DNA of 63,371 nt, filler included. It is 5 parts of 5 records of this genome, joined end to end, with 100 filler letters (N's around TTAATTAATTAA, not from the genome) between each part and the next. Parts side by side here need not be neighbours in the genome. Positions count along the whole stretch, not along the records: positions 1 to 20,656 come from DRR723986_9666; 4 more parts are not named here. One strand, given 5' to 3'. A program made the translations under genes and the position numbers. The notes beneath the pieces were generated by a model. It did not search any database. It saw only the letters and a list, made by a program, of their open reading frames with translations, and was not told where the DNA came from. Shown here in pieces: positions 1 through 10,127 of the stretch (position 1 is its first letter; each line of letters starts with the position of its first letter).

Positions 1-418
1 GGCTGTTGGTAACCCAAAGTCTCTGTGAATTGGTTCGCCGCTGAATGCCTGAATTGTTAAATATTTGACCGTTCATTGTTTTTGTCTTGCATTGAGTTCG
101 CGATTGTTTGCAATTTGTAGGTGGGAGCTGTTTCCAACTCCAAGACTCTAAGACCGGACTCAAAGCCCCCCACCCCAACGAGGCTCACTGAGTAATAGAC
201 AAGCGGCCGGACGCGTCTCGTTACAGCATACGATATAATTGTCGGCTACCGAATTTTACGCGTTACCCGCCGAGAGACTTGTGACCCGAATATTTGAGGC
301 TGGAGACGCGGAGACTAACAAGAAAACTCAAACGCAGCCCAGGCGAAGCCTACAGCTGCCCGTGCATACAAGTTAAATTGTTAAACATTGGCCACAGACT
401 TTGCCTGCCGCGCGCCAC

Positions 419-2458
419 CTACTTTTGCAGGACGCGGAATTCTACACGGCGATTACGCCGACGATTATCTGATCCGGAATTTTTAACATCCGGCTGGGTT
501 TCGCCATAGCCCTTGCTAACGAGGCGTGAAGGCGCCACACCACGATCGATCAGGAACTGGCGTACCGCGCTGGCGCGCACTTCACTGAGGCGTTGATTGT
601 TTTCCGGTGTGCCGACGTCGTCCGTATGCCCCGCGATTTCCACCTGCATGCCGCTATTATCGGCCATGAGTTTAACCAGTTGGCGCAGTTCAACAAATGA
701 CTCCGGCTGGAGTTCAAACTCACCCGTATCAAAGTACAAATTGTTAATCGTGATTTTGGCGCCGCTTTCAATTGGCACGAGCATCAGATTGCGTTCCAGC
801 TCCTGATATTGCCCCAGTTCACGCAGCTCCAGGTTTTCCGAAACTGGCAGAAAACCGGTTTTACTGGCCGAAAACCCGTAGAGATCACCGGCCGGAAGAA
901 TGATGCTGTAGGTGCCGTCATTTGCGTCGGAATTAGCCTCACCTATCGCTTTGCCGGTGGTTAAAGACGTATAACTTATTGAAGTTGCCAGCGCCGAAGA
1001 ATCGCGTGAGTTTAACACACGGCCGCGCACCAGAACTACTGCGGAAGGGCGTAAAGCCTCGGGTAAACGCGCGCGATAAATATCATTGCCACCCTGGCCG
1101 TTTTTGCGATTGCTTACGAAATAGACAAACTCACCATTTGCCGGCAGCGTGTAATAATTATCCCAGCCTTTGGTGTTAAGTTGTGGGCCCAAATTGCGCG
1201 GTTCGGTCCATTCAGTCCACGAGTCTCCAATCCGGCGCGTTACAAACATATCGGAGGAGCCATAACCGGGTCGGCCACTCGTCGAATAATATAGCGTGCG
1301 ATCATCGGAAGCCAGAAACGGGCCACTTTCCATATCAGCCGTGTTAACAACCGGTCCCAGTGACTGCGGAATAGACCAACGTCCGTCTTCTTGTTTAAAA
1401 GTCACAAACAAGTCTTTGCTACCGACACTTTCTTCGCGCTGCACCGACATGATTACTGCCGTGCCTGTATTGGAAAGACTGAACTCAGCGAAGCGGCTTT
1501 GATTGTAAAAGTTGCGAATGCGCAGCCCCTGAGGCCGCGCCCAACCAGCCGAATCGCGCCGTGCAATCGAGACACCATTGATAATCCTGCCGTCGGGCCG
1601 GTAGTTGTTAATCACCAGCACTGACTGTCCATCCGGCGTGATCGATGTCATCGCCGAATTCCCCTTGTGGTTAAGTGGTTCTCCAACATTGCGCGCTTTG
1701 CCAACGATTTCGCCATTTTTCAGGTCGGCAACCCAAATATTCTGCGCTGTACGAATCGTATTGCCGGGATGATTCTGGCGCACAAAATAGAGCGTTTTAC
1801 CATCGGGAGACACCACAGGTGAAATTTCTTCGGCTTTGGAATTAACAAGTGTCCCCAGGTTCTGCGGTTCTTCAAGAAGCTCTATATTCTCGACAAGGTT
1901 AATGGCAACTTCAATTGTATCGGTGTGGTCGGCAATGCCAATCGCATCAATTTGATTCAGGCCCGGATTTGCCTTGGTGTTAATCTCCAGTTTGAGGGAT
2001 TTAACTTTATATGGCGTTTGTTCGATGATAAAACGCGTAAGACGACCTTTTTTTACAGGCACAAATTTTTTGTTAACATACACTTCGTGCGCCGTTCCGG
2101 CACTGTCGCGCAAGGTAATGCGCCTGATGCCACCCGGGTTAAGGTTTTCGTGAATTACAATCTGCTGGACCTGCTGTGCTTCGGCAAAGCTGACGTCGAT
2201 AAACTCGCCGCCATTGCGCTTGGGCTTGGACGGCATCCAGGCACACACCGTTGGACCATGTTTGGACATGACACTCGGGCTTCCCAGCGCCTGCCTGGCG
2301 GAATACTGACCGGGCACACCCTGCTGACGGTGCTGGGACGAAACCTTAAGAACGGAGTCCGCCCACTGAACGTCGGCAGCCTGTGCAGCCCCAAACTGCA
2401 AGAAACTCAGCAAAACAGCTGTCAGAGGTAGAACGGAAACCGGCAGTCGTCGAGTCAT
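419..2458 (-). CDS. OmpA-family protein: signal peptide, N-terminal discoidin/pappalysin-like domain, PD40/WD40-like repeats, carboxypeptidase-regulatory-like domain, C-terminal OmpA peptidoglycan-binding domain (PorE-like)
   Basis: 679-aa ORF with a signal peptide (..GAAQA). PD40-type motifs (EISPVVSPDGKTLYF, ESGPFLASDDRTLYYS). OmpA_C motifs LYFDTGEFEL, EIAGHTDDVG..NQRLSEVRA, GYGETQP, NRRVEF. Confidence 0.9.
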   Translation of the reverse strand: MTRRLPVSVLPLTAVLLSFLQFGAAQAADVQWADSVLKVSSQHRQQGVPGQYSARQALGSPSVMSKHGPTVCAWMPSKPKRNGGEFIDVSFAEAQQVQQIVIHENLNPGGIRRITLRDSAGTAHEVYVNKKFVPVKKGRLTRFIIEQTPYKVKSLKLEINTKANPGLNQIDAIGIADHTDTIEVAINLVENIELLEEPQNLGTLVNSKAEEISPVVSPDGKTLYFVRQNHPGNTIRTAQNIWVADLKNGEIVGKARNVGEPLNHKGNSAMTSITPDGQSVLVINNYRPDGRIINGVSIARRDSAGWARPQGLRIRNFYNQSRFAEFSLSNTGTAVIMSVQREESVGSKDLFVTFKQEDGRWSIPQSLGPVVNTADMESGPFLASDDRTLYYSTSGRPGYGSSDMFVTRRIGDSWTEWTEPRNLGPQLNTKGWDNYYTLPANGEFVYFVSNRKNGQGGNDIYRARLPEALRPSAVVLVRGRVLNSRDSSALATSISYTSLTTGKAIGEANSDANDGTYSIILPAGDLYGFSASKTGFLPVSENLELRELGQYQELERNLMLVPIESGAKITINNLYFDTGEFELQPESFVELRQLVKLMADNSGMQVEIAGHTDDVGTPENNQRLSEVRASAVRQFLIDRGVAPSRLVSKGYGETQPDVKNSGSDNRRRNRRVEFRVLQK

Positions 2459-2605
2459 CAGATGTAATCGCTTTCAGCGTGAAGGAATGTGTACCTGCAG
2501 CCCGCAAGTTACGCAGAAACGCGTGGAATCGAGCCATCAGCCTCGAATATGCAGCCCACTATCAAGTCCGGCAGTTAAACAGCAAACAAAGCGCCTGTAT
2601 TCAAT

Positions 2606-4186
2606 TTAGAGCGAGGTCTCATGCGGCGTCAGGAAAACAGCCTCCTGGCGCTCGGTGTAGAACTCGCGGTGCAGCGGGTTGATCGTAAACTCCACACGCC
2701 GATTGATTGCGCGGCCGGTTTCGGTCTCGTTGTCCGCTACCGGGAACTGCTCTCCATAACCAAAAGTCCAGATGCGCTCCGGGTCGATGTTCAACTCTTT
2801 AACCACGGCTTCCTTGACGGCCAGCGCGCGATTGCGTGAGAGTTTGAGGTTGAGTTCTTCATCGCCAACGCTGTCGGTGTGTCCCACGAGCGCTACGATT
2901 GTTTTGTCGTCATCGCGCAGCATGGCACAAACGCGCTCGACGGCTTCATTGTTGGAGTCACGCAGCGAATCGGGGCCGGGCAGCGCATAGGAAGCCGTCT
3001 TAAATTTTACGGGGATGACTTCCATTGGTTTTTCGGGAATAAAAGTCTGGCGTGCGGCCGGGAAGTTGCCGTCGCTTTTAACAGTTTCCTTATCGCAGAG
3101 GGTGACGGTCAGGCGGTGCACGCTATTAGTTTTGCGCGTGACGTATTCGATCTGGTACGAATGCCGCCAGCGATTGCGCAGGTCGTCGAACATCACACGG
3201 AACCCGTCGCTGCGGCAGAGGCGGTAGAAACTGCCGCCACTGGCACGCGCCAGGTCATTGCGCAGAATTTGTTCGGGAGCGTTCTGGCCGAATGCGATCG
3301 TATTGATAGTTATGCCGCGTTCAAAGGCGATTCCGGCCAGGCCACTCGGCAGGTTGGCCGGATCGGAGTTGGTGTCCATTCCGTCGGTGAAAGCGATGAT
3401 GTGTTTGACGTCTTCAGCTGCGGGCCGCGCTTCCAGGGAGTCGAGCCCAACGCCAATCGCGTCGTACAGTGCCGTGGTTCCGCCGGAAGTACCGCAGTCA
3501 TTACAGAACTTCTGCAGCAGAGCTTTGCGCGCCACGCCGTCTTTAAGCGACTTGGGAGAAACGCCGTCAAGCGGGTTGGCGACGTTGCGCACGTCGGAAG
3601 AGAACGGAAACAGACTAAAACGATCTTTGCTTTTGGCTGTGAGGCTCTGCTCTATCATCAAAAAGGTCGCCTGCTGCACGTCACAGACGCGCGCATCACC
3701 CATTGAGCCGCTCTGATCCATGATCAGCGCAACATCCATCGGATTGCTGGCGCCTTTGACTTGAACAGCTTTGACGTCCGGCGGAGCGACTTCATGCTGC
3801 GTCTGGCCGTCGTCATCGACTACACACCAGGACTTGCCGTCCAGGCCTGTGATGAAGTTCCCTTGCTTGTCATAGACCTGAACTCGCGCTTTGACGCGCA
3901 CGCTGTCCGTGCCTTGCAGCTCAAAACCGACGCTACTGATTTGCAGCGTCAGGTCGCCGGCCTTGTTGCGCAGGTGATTGATGAAGTTGTGCGCCGTCCC
4001 GTTCGGTACGATCTTAACGATGTTTGTGCCCTGGTTGCAGGCATCCGAGACGGGGCTGGAAGGACCGTCGGGGCCACAAAGGTTTTCGACCCATTCGCGC
4101 TGCACAGTTGGAGTCACACAGCCCGGCAGGCTGACAGCTACGAGCACAAAAGTAAAACAAGCAATCAAACGAAGATGCAGATGCAT
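2606..4186 (-). CDS. Lipoprotein with von Willebrand factor A domain and C-terminal OmpA domain
   Basis: Lipobox-like SLPGC after a hydrophobic stretch. VWA MIDAS motifs DQSGS, TALYDAI, AFTDG. OmpA_C motifs LVGHTDSVGDEELNLKLSRNRA, GYGEQFP, NRRVEF. Confidence 0.88.
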   Translation of the reverse strand: MHLHLRLIACFTFVLVAVSLPGCVTPTVQREWVENLCGPDGPSSPVSDACNQGTNIVKIVPNGTAHNFINHLRNKAGDLTLQISSVGFELQGTDSVRVKARVQVYDKQGNFITGLDGKSWCVVDDDGQTQHEVAPPDVKAVQVKGASNPMDVALIMDQSGSMGDARVCDVQQATFLMIEQSLTAKSKDRFSLFPFSSDVRNVANPLDGVSPKSLKDGVARKALLQKFCNDCGTSGGTTALYDAIGVGLDSLEARPAAEDVKHIIAFTDGMDTNSDPANLPSGLAGIAFERGITINTIAFGQNAPEQILRNDLARASGGSFYRLCRSDGFRVMFDDLRNRWRHSYQIEYVTRKTNSVHRLTVTLCDKETVKSDGNFPAARQTFIPEKPMEVIPVKFKTASYALPGPDSLRDSNNEAVERVCAMLRDDDKTIVALVGHTDSVGDEELNLKLSRNRALAVKEAVVKELNIDPERIWTFGYGEQFPVADNETETGRAINRRVEFTINPLHREFYTERQEAVFLTPHETSL

Positions 4187-4359
4187 ACGCGTTCACCCGG
4201 AAGTAAATGAACAGAAATCGATATGAGCTCAGCCGCTGAACAAGGTGAAGTTCAGTCCGGCCGACAGACCATGAATCCAAATTTTGAATGCAGTTTTTTG
4301 AGTTGTGCGTGCGCCGGAAACCCCATCCAGGAATGTCGGCCTCACAGTCGCTGCAGCAA

Positions 4360-5088
4360 TCAGCCCGGCTTGACCGCCTCAATCACCAAAGTCTCAAAGC
4401 CGACCAATTCCGGCTGACCGGCATGTTTTCCGTGCATCTCGATGTCGTGCAGCGTCGGGTCATCCGACTGACTCATTTTGTAGCGTTTGCAGTCCGTAAA
4501 ACCGGCGGCCTGCTTGGCGCTGTTCAGCGTGGGCTCATCGTACAAAAACTGATGTCCCCAGGCGCGGAAGGCGTTGTTGAGCACAAATACGGGCGAATAC
4601 TGCTCTACGCCATCCAAATATGTATCCGTCATCCACTTGATGTAGCGCTTGTGGATTGTCGCTTCCGGATCTGCATGCAGGCCGAGCAGGGCTGCCATGT
4701 CCGGTGTAGCGGTACGGATGCGCCCACCGGGTTTTAGCACTCGCAAACACTCGCGCAGCATCATCTGCCCCATCGGGTAGGTGATGTGCTCAATCATGTG
4801 TTCGCTGTAGATGTAGTCAAAGGTGTTATCGTCAAATGGGTAAGGCTTGCAGGCATCCATAAACACGATATCAGGAGTTTCGCGGCCAATATCCGTGCAG
4901 AGCCACCCTTTGAGGGCCGAACGCCCCGCCCCGATCTGCAGCTTGCGCACATCCGGGTTTTGCGTCATATAACGATTGATAGCTCCACCGCGCAGCAGCG
5001 GACGCAGAGTGACGTTGTACAGCGACTTCAAGTCCTGGCGTATACCAACAATACTTCCGAATCGTTTGGCAAAATCGCGTAATCCCAT
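4360..5088 (-). CDS. Class I SAM-dependent methyltransferase (Methyltransf_11-like)
   Basis: Motif I LQIGAG, then FDDNTFDYIYSEHMIEH and LRVLKPGGRIR. Confidence 0.85.
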   Translation of the reverse strand: MGLRDFAKRFGSIVGIRQDLKSLYNVTLRPLLRGGAINRYMTQNPDVRKLQIGAGRSALKGWLCTDIGRETPDIVFMDACKPYPFDDNTFDYIYSEHMIEHITYPMGQMMLRECLRVLKPGGRIRTATPDMAALLGLHADPEATIHKRYIKWMTDTYLDGVEQYSPVFVLNNAFRAWGHQFLYDEPTLNSAKQAAGFTDCKRYKMSQSDDPTLHDIEMHGKHAGQPELVGFETLVIEAVKPG

Positions 5089-5651
5089 AGTTATCTCTTA
5101 ATAATTCAACTTCGCCCCAAAAGCCAAAATCATCCTTCAAAAATACAACAATCTGAAGTATTAACTCCATTGAAATGTGGTTTTACAGCCATTTTTTGAA
5201 TGTTTGCAAGCTGGAACATTTGGGTATGTGTTGTTGCACACGTGTTTGCTCAACTAATTTTTATTTGCACCACACCGTCATTTTTTCTATTATTTCGCCA
5301 CTGCCAAAAAGTTAATCGCTTCAAATTTTCACACTCGTCACACGACGAGTTAAACATTTCTCTACATTCGACTTAAACAATCAGCGCAAGCACATGTTTG
5401 CGCCGGATATGCCATTATGCTGTCTTTTCGTCAGGATACATTCAGCAAACATCACCGTTTGCACCTGCGCCAGGTATAAGACAAACCATACATCGATTTT
5501 ACGGTGAAATGACTGCGGAGACTTCTGCAGCCAAAACACCTGGCCTGTGCCTTGTTGATGGATATTGACAAATGCACAAGGCATCTCTGTACAACCACTT
5601 AATTGGAGCATTTTAATGCAATTCTTAACTACGTCAGGCAAGCTGTTTTTT

Positions 5652-6710
5652 ATGCGCAGCACTGCATTGTTGGCGCTTGCCGGTTTATTGACAATTTCGG
5701 CCTGCGATGATGAATCAGTCAACCCGGTCCAAAGTCCGGAAACGGAAACTACAACGGTTCACCTGGCCGGTCAGGCCTTTGAGTATGTTCTCCCCGCCGA
5801 AGACTGGCGGAGCAGCACTCTGCAGTTTGTTGAAACCCTCGAACCCTACGCCGCACCGGATCCCAGCGAGAGCCGTGCGTTTGTAGGTGAATTCACCGAA
5901 GTGATTATGGCGGTACACTATCCAAGTGCCGAAGGTTATGTACACTCACAGCTGTACACGATGCAGCTTAACAATCGCTCGCGTGAGTTAACACTCAATG
6001 GCCAGCGTATCACCAAACTGGAGCAGATATTTACTGAAACGTCTGAGACTGCAACCGGTGAAGTTGGCCTCTGCGTCCACACCGACAAACCCGTAGCCAT
6101 GGAAGTTGAAGGCGCCGTCAAGGGCTGTGAAGTTGTGGGTGACGGTTTTGTTGAAGCGCTGCGCCGCGACGCGACTTCCGACGAAGAGCCCGAGCCAAAG
6201 GAAAAAGAGAAGAAGTGGGTTACAGACAAAGACAGCTGTGTAGTCGTAATTTGTGAACCATTTGGTGATCGCCCCGATATCACGCCGGAAGCCGAGTGCA
6301 CCTATCTGGAAGGTCTGGGACTGAAAGACAAAGTCACAAAAACTGCCGACCCAGAAAACGACTACGACTGCCACGGCTGGACATTTACCTGTGGCAAAAA
6401 ATGGATTAACAACGACCAGGTCCAGGATATTCTGGACGATAATGATTATGAGGAAACCGACGATCCAAAGCCAGGTGACATCGTAGTTTACAAAAAAGAC
6501 GGCGAAATCACACACAGTGGTCACGTGCAGGATGACGGCGACGGCGGCACAAAGATCGAGAGCAAGTGGGGGCGTCGCGGCCGCTACTGTCACGCACCGG
6601 AAGATGTACCACCTTCCTACGGCACACCTTGTTATTACAAGAATGACCGCACGGCACCGGATGGATCGGATAACCCACAGAAGGACGACGACACGCTGAA
6701 GCAGATTTAA
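5652..6710 (+). CDS. Predicted lipoprotein with C-terminal papain-like cysteine-hydrolase domain (DUF7689-like)
   Basis: Start reassigned to ATG 5652: MRSTALLALAGLLTISA-C-DDES is a lipoprotein signal with acidic +2..+4 residues. C-terminal motifs YDCHGWTF, PKPGDIVVY, ITHSG, IESKWG. Confidence 0.7.
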   Translation: MRSTALLALAGLLTISACDDESVNPVQSPETETTTVHLAGQAFEYVLPAEDWRSSTLQFVETLEPYAAPDPSESRAFVGEFTEVIMAVHYPSAEGYVHSQLYTMQLNNRSRELTLNGQRITKLEQIFTETSETATGEVGLCVHTDKPVAMEVEGAVKGCEVVGDGFVEALRRDATSDEEPEPKEKEKKWVTDKDSCVVVICEPFGDRPDITPEAECTYLEGLGLKDKVTKTADPENDYDCHGWTFTCGKKWINNDQVQDILDDNDYEETDDPKPGDIVVYKKDGEITHSGHVQDDGDGGTKIESKWGRRGRYCHAPEDVPPSYGTPCYYKNDRTAPDGSDNPQKDDDTLKQI

Positions 6711-7208
6711 CAGTTGTTTTAGAGCCAAGTTTAATTTGTACGACCAACAACTGCAAGCTTCACGCCACGTGAGGTTTGCAGCTGTATTCGTTTAAAGCCG
6801 AAAACAGCGCTCTGAAAGGATGAAAACTCTAGTTGGATTTTTGGGCTGCCAGGTCCCGGACTATCTGAACACAGAAGCGCTTTGCCATTTTCACTGCGTT
6901 CAATTGCTCGCTTTTTTCTCTTGTTTTGCACTGATGCTTCAGTGACTAACAAGAAGGTCAAAAAGCAAGCCTGAAAAGCCCGGAGGGCGCGCAGGCGCTG
7001 CAATAATACATCGTGATTAATGACATAAAACGTCAAGTACTACCACACCAGTAAAAAATGTTTGTAACTCCCGGCCAACAATTGCGTTCTGTGGGTGGTA
7101 ATCGCACTTGTGCCGTGCAAGTCGCTCAACAAAGCTGCAAGATTTGGAGCAGTCCCTGTCTGTCGGTAAACACACAAAGCCGCAAAATCAGCCCACGAAG
7201 GAATAAAG

Positions 7209-9527
7209 ATGCCCTGTCGAAATTGTATTCAAACGATTTGTCTCTGTATGATATTCCTGTGTGGTTCAGCAATGAGCGTCCAGGCCTATCGTGATGGTTT
7301 TGCGTATTGGATTTCTGACGACAAACCGGATACAAGTTTATGGCGAATGGACCTGGAAAGCTGTACGGCGGAACTTGTTAACACGATTGAGATTTCAGGC
7401 TCAATAATTTCGTCCTATATCGATACGCGCAATGATCTGTATTGTGTGTTGCATGCGAGCGAAGACGAGAAACAAGTGCTGGTCAAGATGTTTGACCTTG
7501 AGAGCGGAGAATTGCAACATCAGGCCAATTGTTTAAAAGGTGATTCGGACGCCAATTTGTACAACCCCGTGGATGGCCTATTTTATGGAATTAGTACAGT
7601 AAAAAACGGCAGCAGGTCAGTAAAAACTTTAAATCCCTGGACCGGAGTGAGCAACCTGGGCAGTGTGGTTCTGGAGGATATTAACAACAATACAAGCGTT
7701 CTGGACTATAACCGCGGATATATTTACAGTTTTGGCCCGCGATCCTTTCCGAAGAGAGTAGATGTCAAAACGGGTGAAATGAAAACGTACTTTGAGTCCG
7801 GGTTAAGGTACCACGACTATAGCAACTTTCAGTTTGACCCACTTACAGGTGACATTTACTTCCTTTATAAAACAAATAACTTCAGTCTCCTGGAAGACAT
7901 GCGTTACTATTTAGCTCGGTTTGATCCTGAGACAGGTGAGACTGAAAAATTCTCGGATATTGTCACTGCTTCGACTCAGGAGCGATCATTTGGCAATGCA
8001 GTGAATGCAATGCGCCGTCGGATATATTTACCTTCTTATGGCTTAGTCAAATTCTATGACATGGATGGAGAACGCCTCAAGTTCAGTTCGTTGAGCAATT
8101 TTCTCCACATGCAGCGATTCGAAGTTTATCAACCCTACGACCTGCTAAATCCAGCCAAGTTGTTTAATGGAAAAGTGATTGCAGATCAAAACAACAATTG
8201 TGTTATTGACGCATCAGATGTTGCCCTGGCCAACCTGGCGCTGGAAGTTAATCCCGGCAACATTGAATTGCATACAAGTCCAAGCGGTGAATTCCGCGCC
8301 TACTTGCCCGAAGGCAAATACACGATAGAGCTCAAAGATAATGATCTTTGGCGCATCGGCTGTGAGTCCGATCCAGCCGTTTTTGAAATTGACTCGCGCG
8401 ATCCAGCACAAGCTGCGGCTGAGATCCTGGTCTCCTCAAAACAGAATTTGTATCGCCTGGAAACAAGTTTGATTGCCTCGCGTGCAATAGCCGGGCGCGA
8501 CATCCAGTACCACATTCAATATTGGAATTCAGGTACGGTCGAATTTAACGGCGCGTTGCAGTTTCAGCATGATGACATCCTGACATCGTTTAGTTCAAAT
8601 CCGGTAGCTGATCGTTACTCGGCGGCACTTGCCGGCTGGGATATTAACAATCTGCCTGTGGGTGCCAGCCGCCAGATCCGGGTTGAGCTCAAGATTCCAG
8701 GCGATGAGTCTCTACGTGGAAGAACTCTGTGTGCCGAAACCAAAACACTCGATCAGGGTGGTGTAGTCTTATCACACTCACTTTCCAATGATGAGTTCTG
8801 TGATCATATTCGGGCCGCTTATGATCCGAATGATATTGCAGTCGCACCGCGTGGTATGGGAGAGTCAGGAATGATAACACCGGATTATTCACACCTGGCG
8901 TATACGATTCGTTTTCAGAATATTGGTGATGCGCCTGCGCGCGATGTGATAGTCTTGGATACGCTCGACAGTGAACTGGACTTGCGTGAATTGCAGTTTG
9001 GGGCTGCGTCACATGCTTATACCGTAAAGGTGTTGAGAAACAGAGTACTGGAATTTCGCTTTGAGGACATCGAGTTGCCTGGCAAAGCCGAAGATGAGGC
9101 AGGCAGTCAGGGCTTTCTCAAGTTCAAAGTTGGCTTAACAAAAGATTTGCCCTTGAATACCGAGATCCACAACCAGGCCGCTATTTACTTTGACTTTAAT
9201 TCGCCTGTCTTGACCAATACCGTGCTTAACACTATTGGTCAGCTCACCACAGATGTACTTGAGTATGGCTTAACAATCGGCGAGCAAAATGTTAAGGGTT
9301 TGCTTGTACACAGCGACGGACGCGGGTACATACTTGTAGATTCGGAACGAGCTCTGAGCGGCGAAATCCGTGTATACTCGATAATTGGAACGTCGGTTCT
9401 ACAGCATAGTTTTGATCGACGACACACATTGGAGCTCGACCTAAGCGCTCAACCGGCCGGCCAATATCTCGTTCAAATAACTTCGGACGGCAACACCACT
9501 GTTAAATCTATTGTTGTGCTGCCTTGA
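7209..9527 (+). CDS. Secreted protein with N-terminal beta-propeller-like region, Ig-like/DUF7619-type domain and C-terminal T9SS type A sorting-like domain
   Basis: Signal peptide. AYDPNDIAV..YTIRFQNIG..V..DTL..IYFDFNSPVLTN is typical of DUF7619. The C-terminus IRVYSIIG..LDLSAQPAGQYLVQITSDGNTTVKSIVV resembles a T9SS CTD. Confidence 0.8.
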   Translation: MPCRNCIQTICLCMIFLCGSAMSVQAYRDGFAYWISDDKPDTSLWRMDLESCTAELVNTIEISGSIISSYIDTRNDLYCVLHASEDEKQVLVKMFDLESGELQHQANCLKGDSDANLYNPVDGLFYGISTVKNGSRSVKTLNPWTGVSNLGSVVLEDINNNTSVLDYNRGYIYSFGPRSFPKRVDVKTGEMKTYFESGLRYHDYSNFQFDPLTGDIYFLYKTNNFSLLEDMRYYLARFDPETGETEKFSDIVTASTQERSFGNAVNAMRRRIYLPSYGLVKFYDMDGERLKFSSLSNFLHMQRFEVYQPYDLLNPAKLFNGKVIADQNNNCVIDASDVALANLALEVNPGNIELHTSPSGEFRAYLPEGKYTIELKDNDLWRIGCESDPAVFEIDSRDPAQAAAEILVSSKQNLYRLETSLIASRAIAGRDIQYHIQYWNSGTVEFNGALQFQHDDILTSFSSNPVADRYSAALAGWDINNLPVGASRQIRVELKIPGDESLRGRTLCAETKTLDQGGVVLSHSLSNDEFCDHIRAAYDPNDIAVAPRGMGESGMITPDYSHLAYTIRFQNIGDAPARDVIVLDTLDSELDLRELQFGAASHAYTVKVLRNRVLEFRFEDIELPGKAEDEAGSQGFLKFKVGLTKDLPLNTEIHNQAAIYFDFNSPVLTNTVLNTIGQLTTDVLEYGLTIGEQNVKGLLVHSDGRGYILVDSERALSGEIRVYSIIGTSVLQHSFDRRHTLELDLSAQPAGQYLVQITSDGNTTVKSIVVLP

Positions 9528-9649
9528 GCCAGACAATGAACAGACTACCAAGTCTAGGACCAAGCAGGCCGCAAATACGTATTGCCCCCCTGTGCTTACC
9601 TGACAGCCTCAAGTGCTTGAGGCTGGAGACTCATTGCCAAACATAACTG

Positions 9650-9700
9650 TCAAAAGAGCCTGAGCCCGGAATGTAATGCAGGAGCTCAAAGCGATCTGAG
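9650..9700 (+). repeat. Copy D of a dispersed degenerate intergenic repeat
   Basis: Ungapped 41/51 identity (manual count) to the reverse complement of 20389-20439. Confidence 0.75.
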
Positions 9701-9759
9701 CTCCAAAGTGTAATATATAAATGCTCAACTACAAAATTTAAAATAGCTCAATTTTAAAC

Positions 9760-9788
9760 TTGACATGAAGTCAGGCAGGCTGTATATT
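9760..9788 (+). promoter_or_regulatory. Sigma70-type promoter
   Basis: TTGACA (9760-9765), 17-bp spacer, TATATT (9783-9788), with an AT-rich UP-like tract upstream. Confidence 0.7.
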
Positions 9789-9802
9789 GGCACCACTGCT
9801 GC

Positions 9803-9831
9803 TAACACGATATCATCATGTAACACGATAT
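9803..9831. promoter_or_regulatory. Perfect 11-bp direct repeat TAACACGATAT x2, candidate operator
   Basis: Copies at 9803-9813 and 9821-9831 (18-bp period), just downstream of the predicted promoter. Confidence 0.5.
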
Positions 9832-10127
9832 ACTGCCTTTAATTAACAGTTATATAACATTCCACAGAGCGTGTGGATCCCCAAAACCAGGAATGGTTTA
9901 ACTGTAGTATCAAACATTAAAACTATACCTTTTGCTGCATTTGTTAATGCCGGCCCGGCTAACTTATTCCGTTAACAAATGTATTCAGATTGAACAACGT
10001 TAACTAGATACATAATCCCATCCTTTGCATTGGGTTAAAACCTGCAATAATTGCAGCGTTTTTGGGTTCCTTATGCCCAAACTCAAACAAGGGGTACTTT
10101 ACCTTTGTCTAAATTAAGGACTATTCC

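Noticed and set aside
6713-6751. GTTG..TTTTAGAGC..CAAC resembling a type II CRISPR repeat
   Set aside because: Single copy with no spacers and no cas genes. Better explained as a hairpin right after a stop codon.
6731-7036. 101-aa minus-strand ORF as an immunity protein for the papain-like lipoprotein
   Set aside because: Convergent orientation, no recognisable features, and it overlaps a copy of the intergenic repeat.
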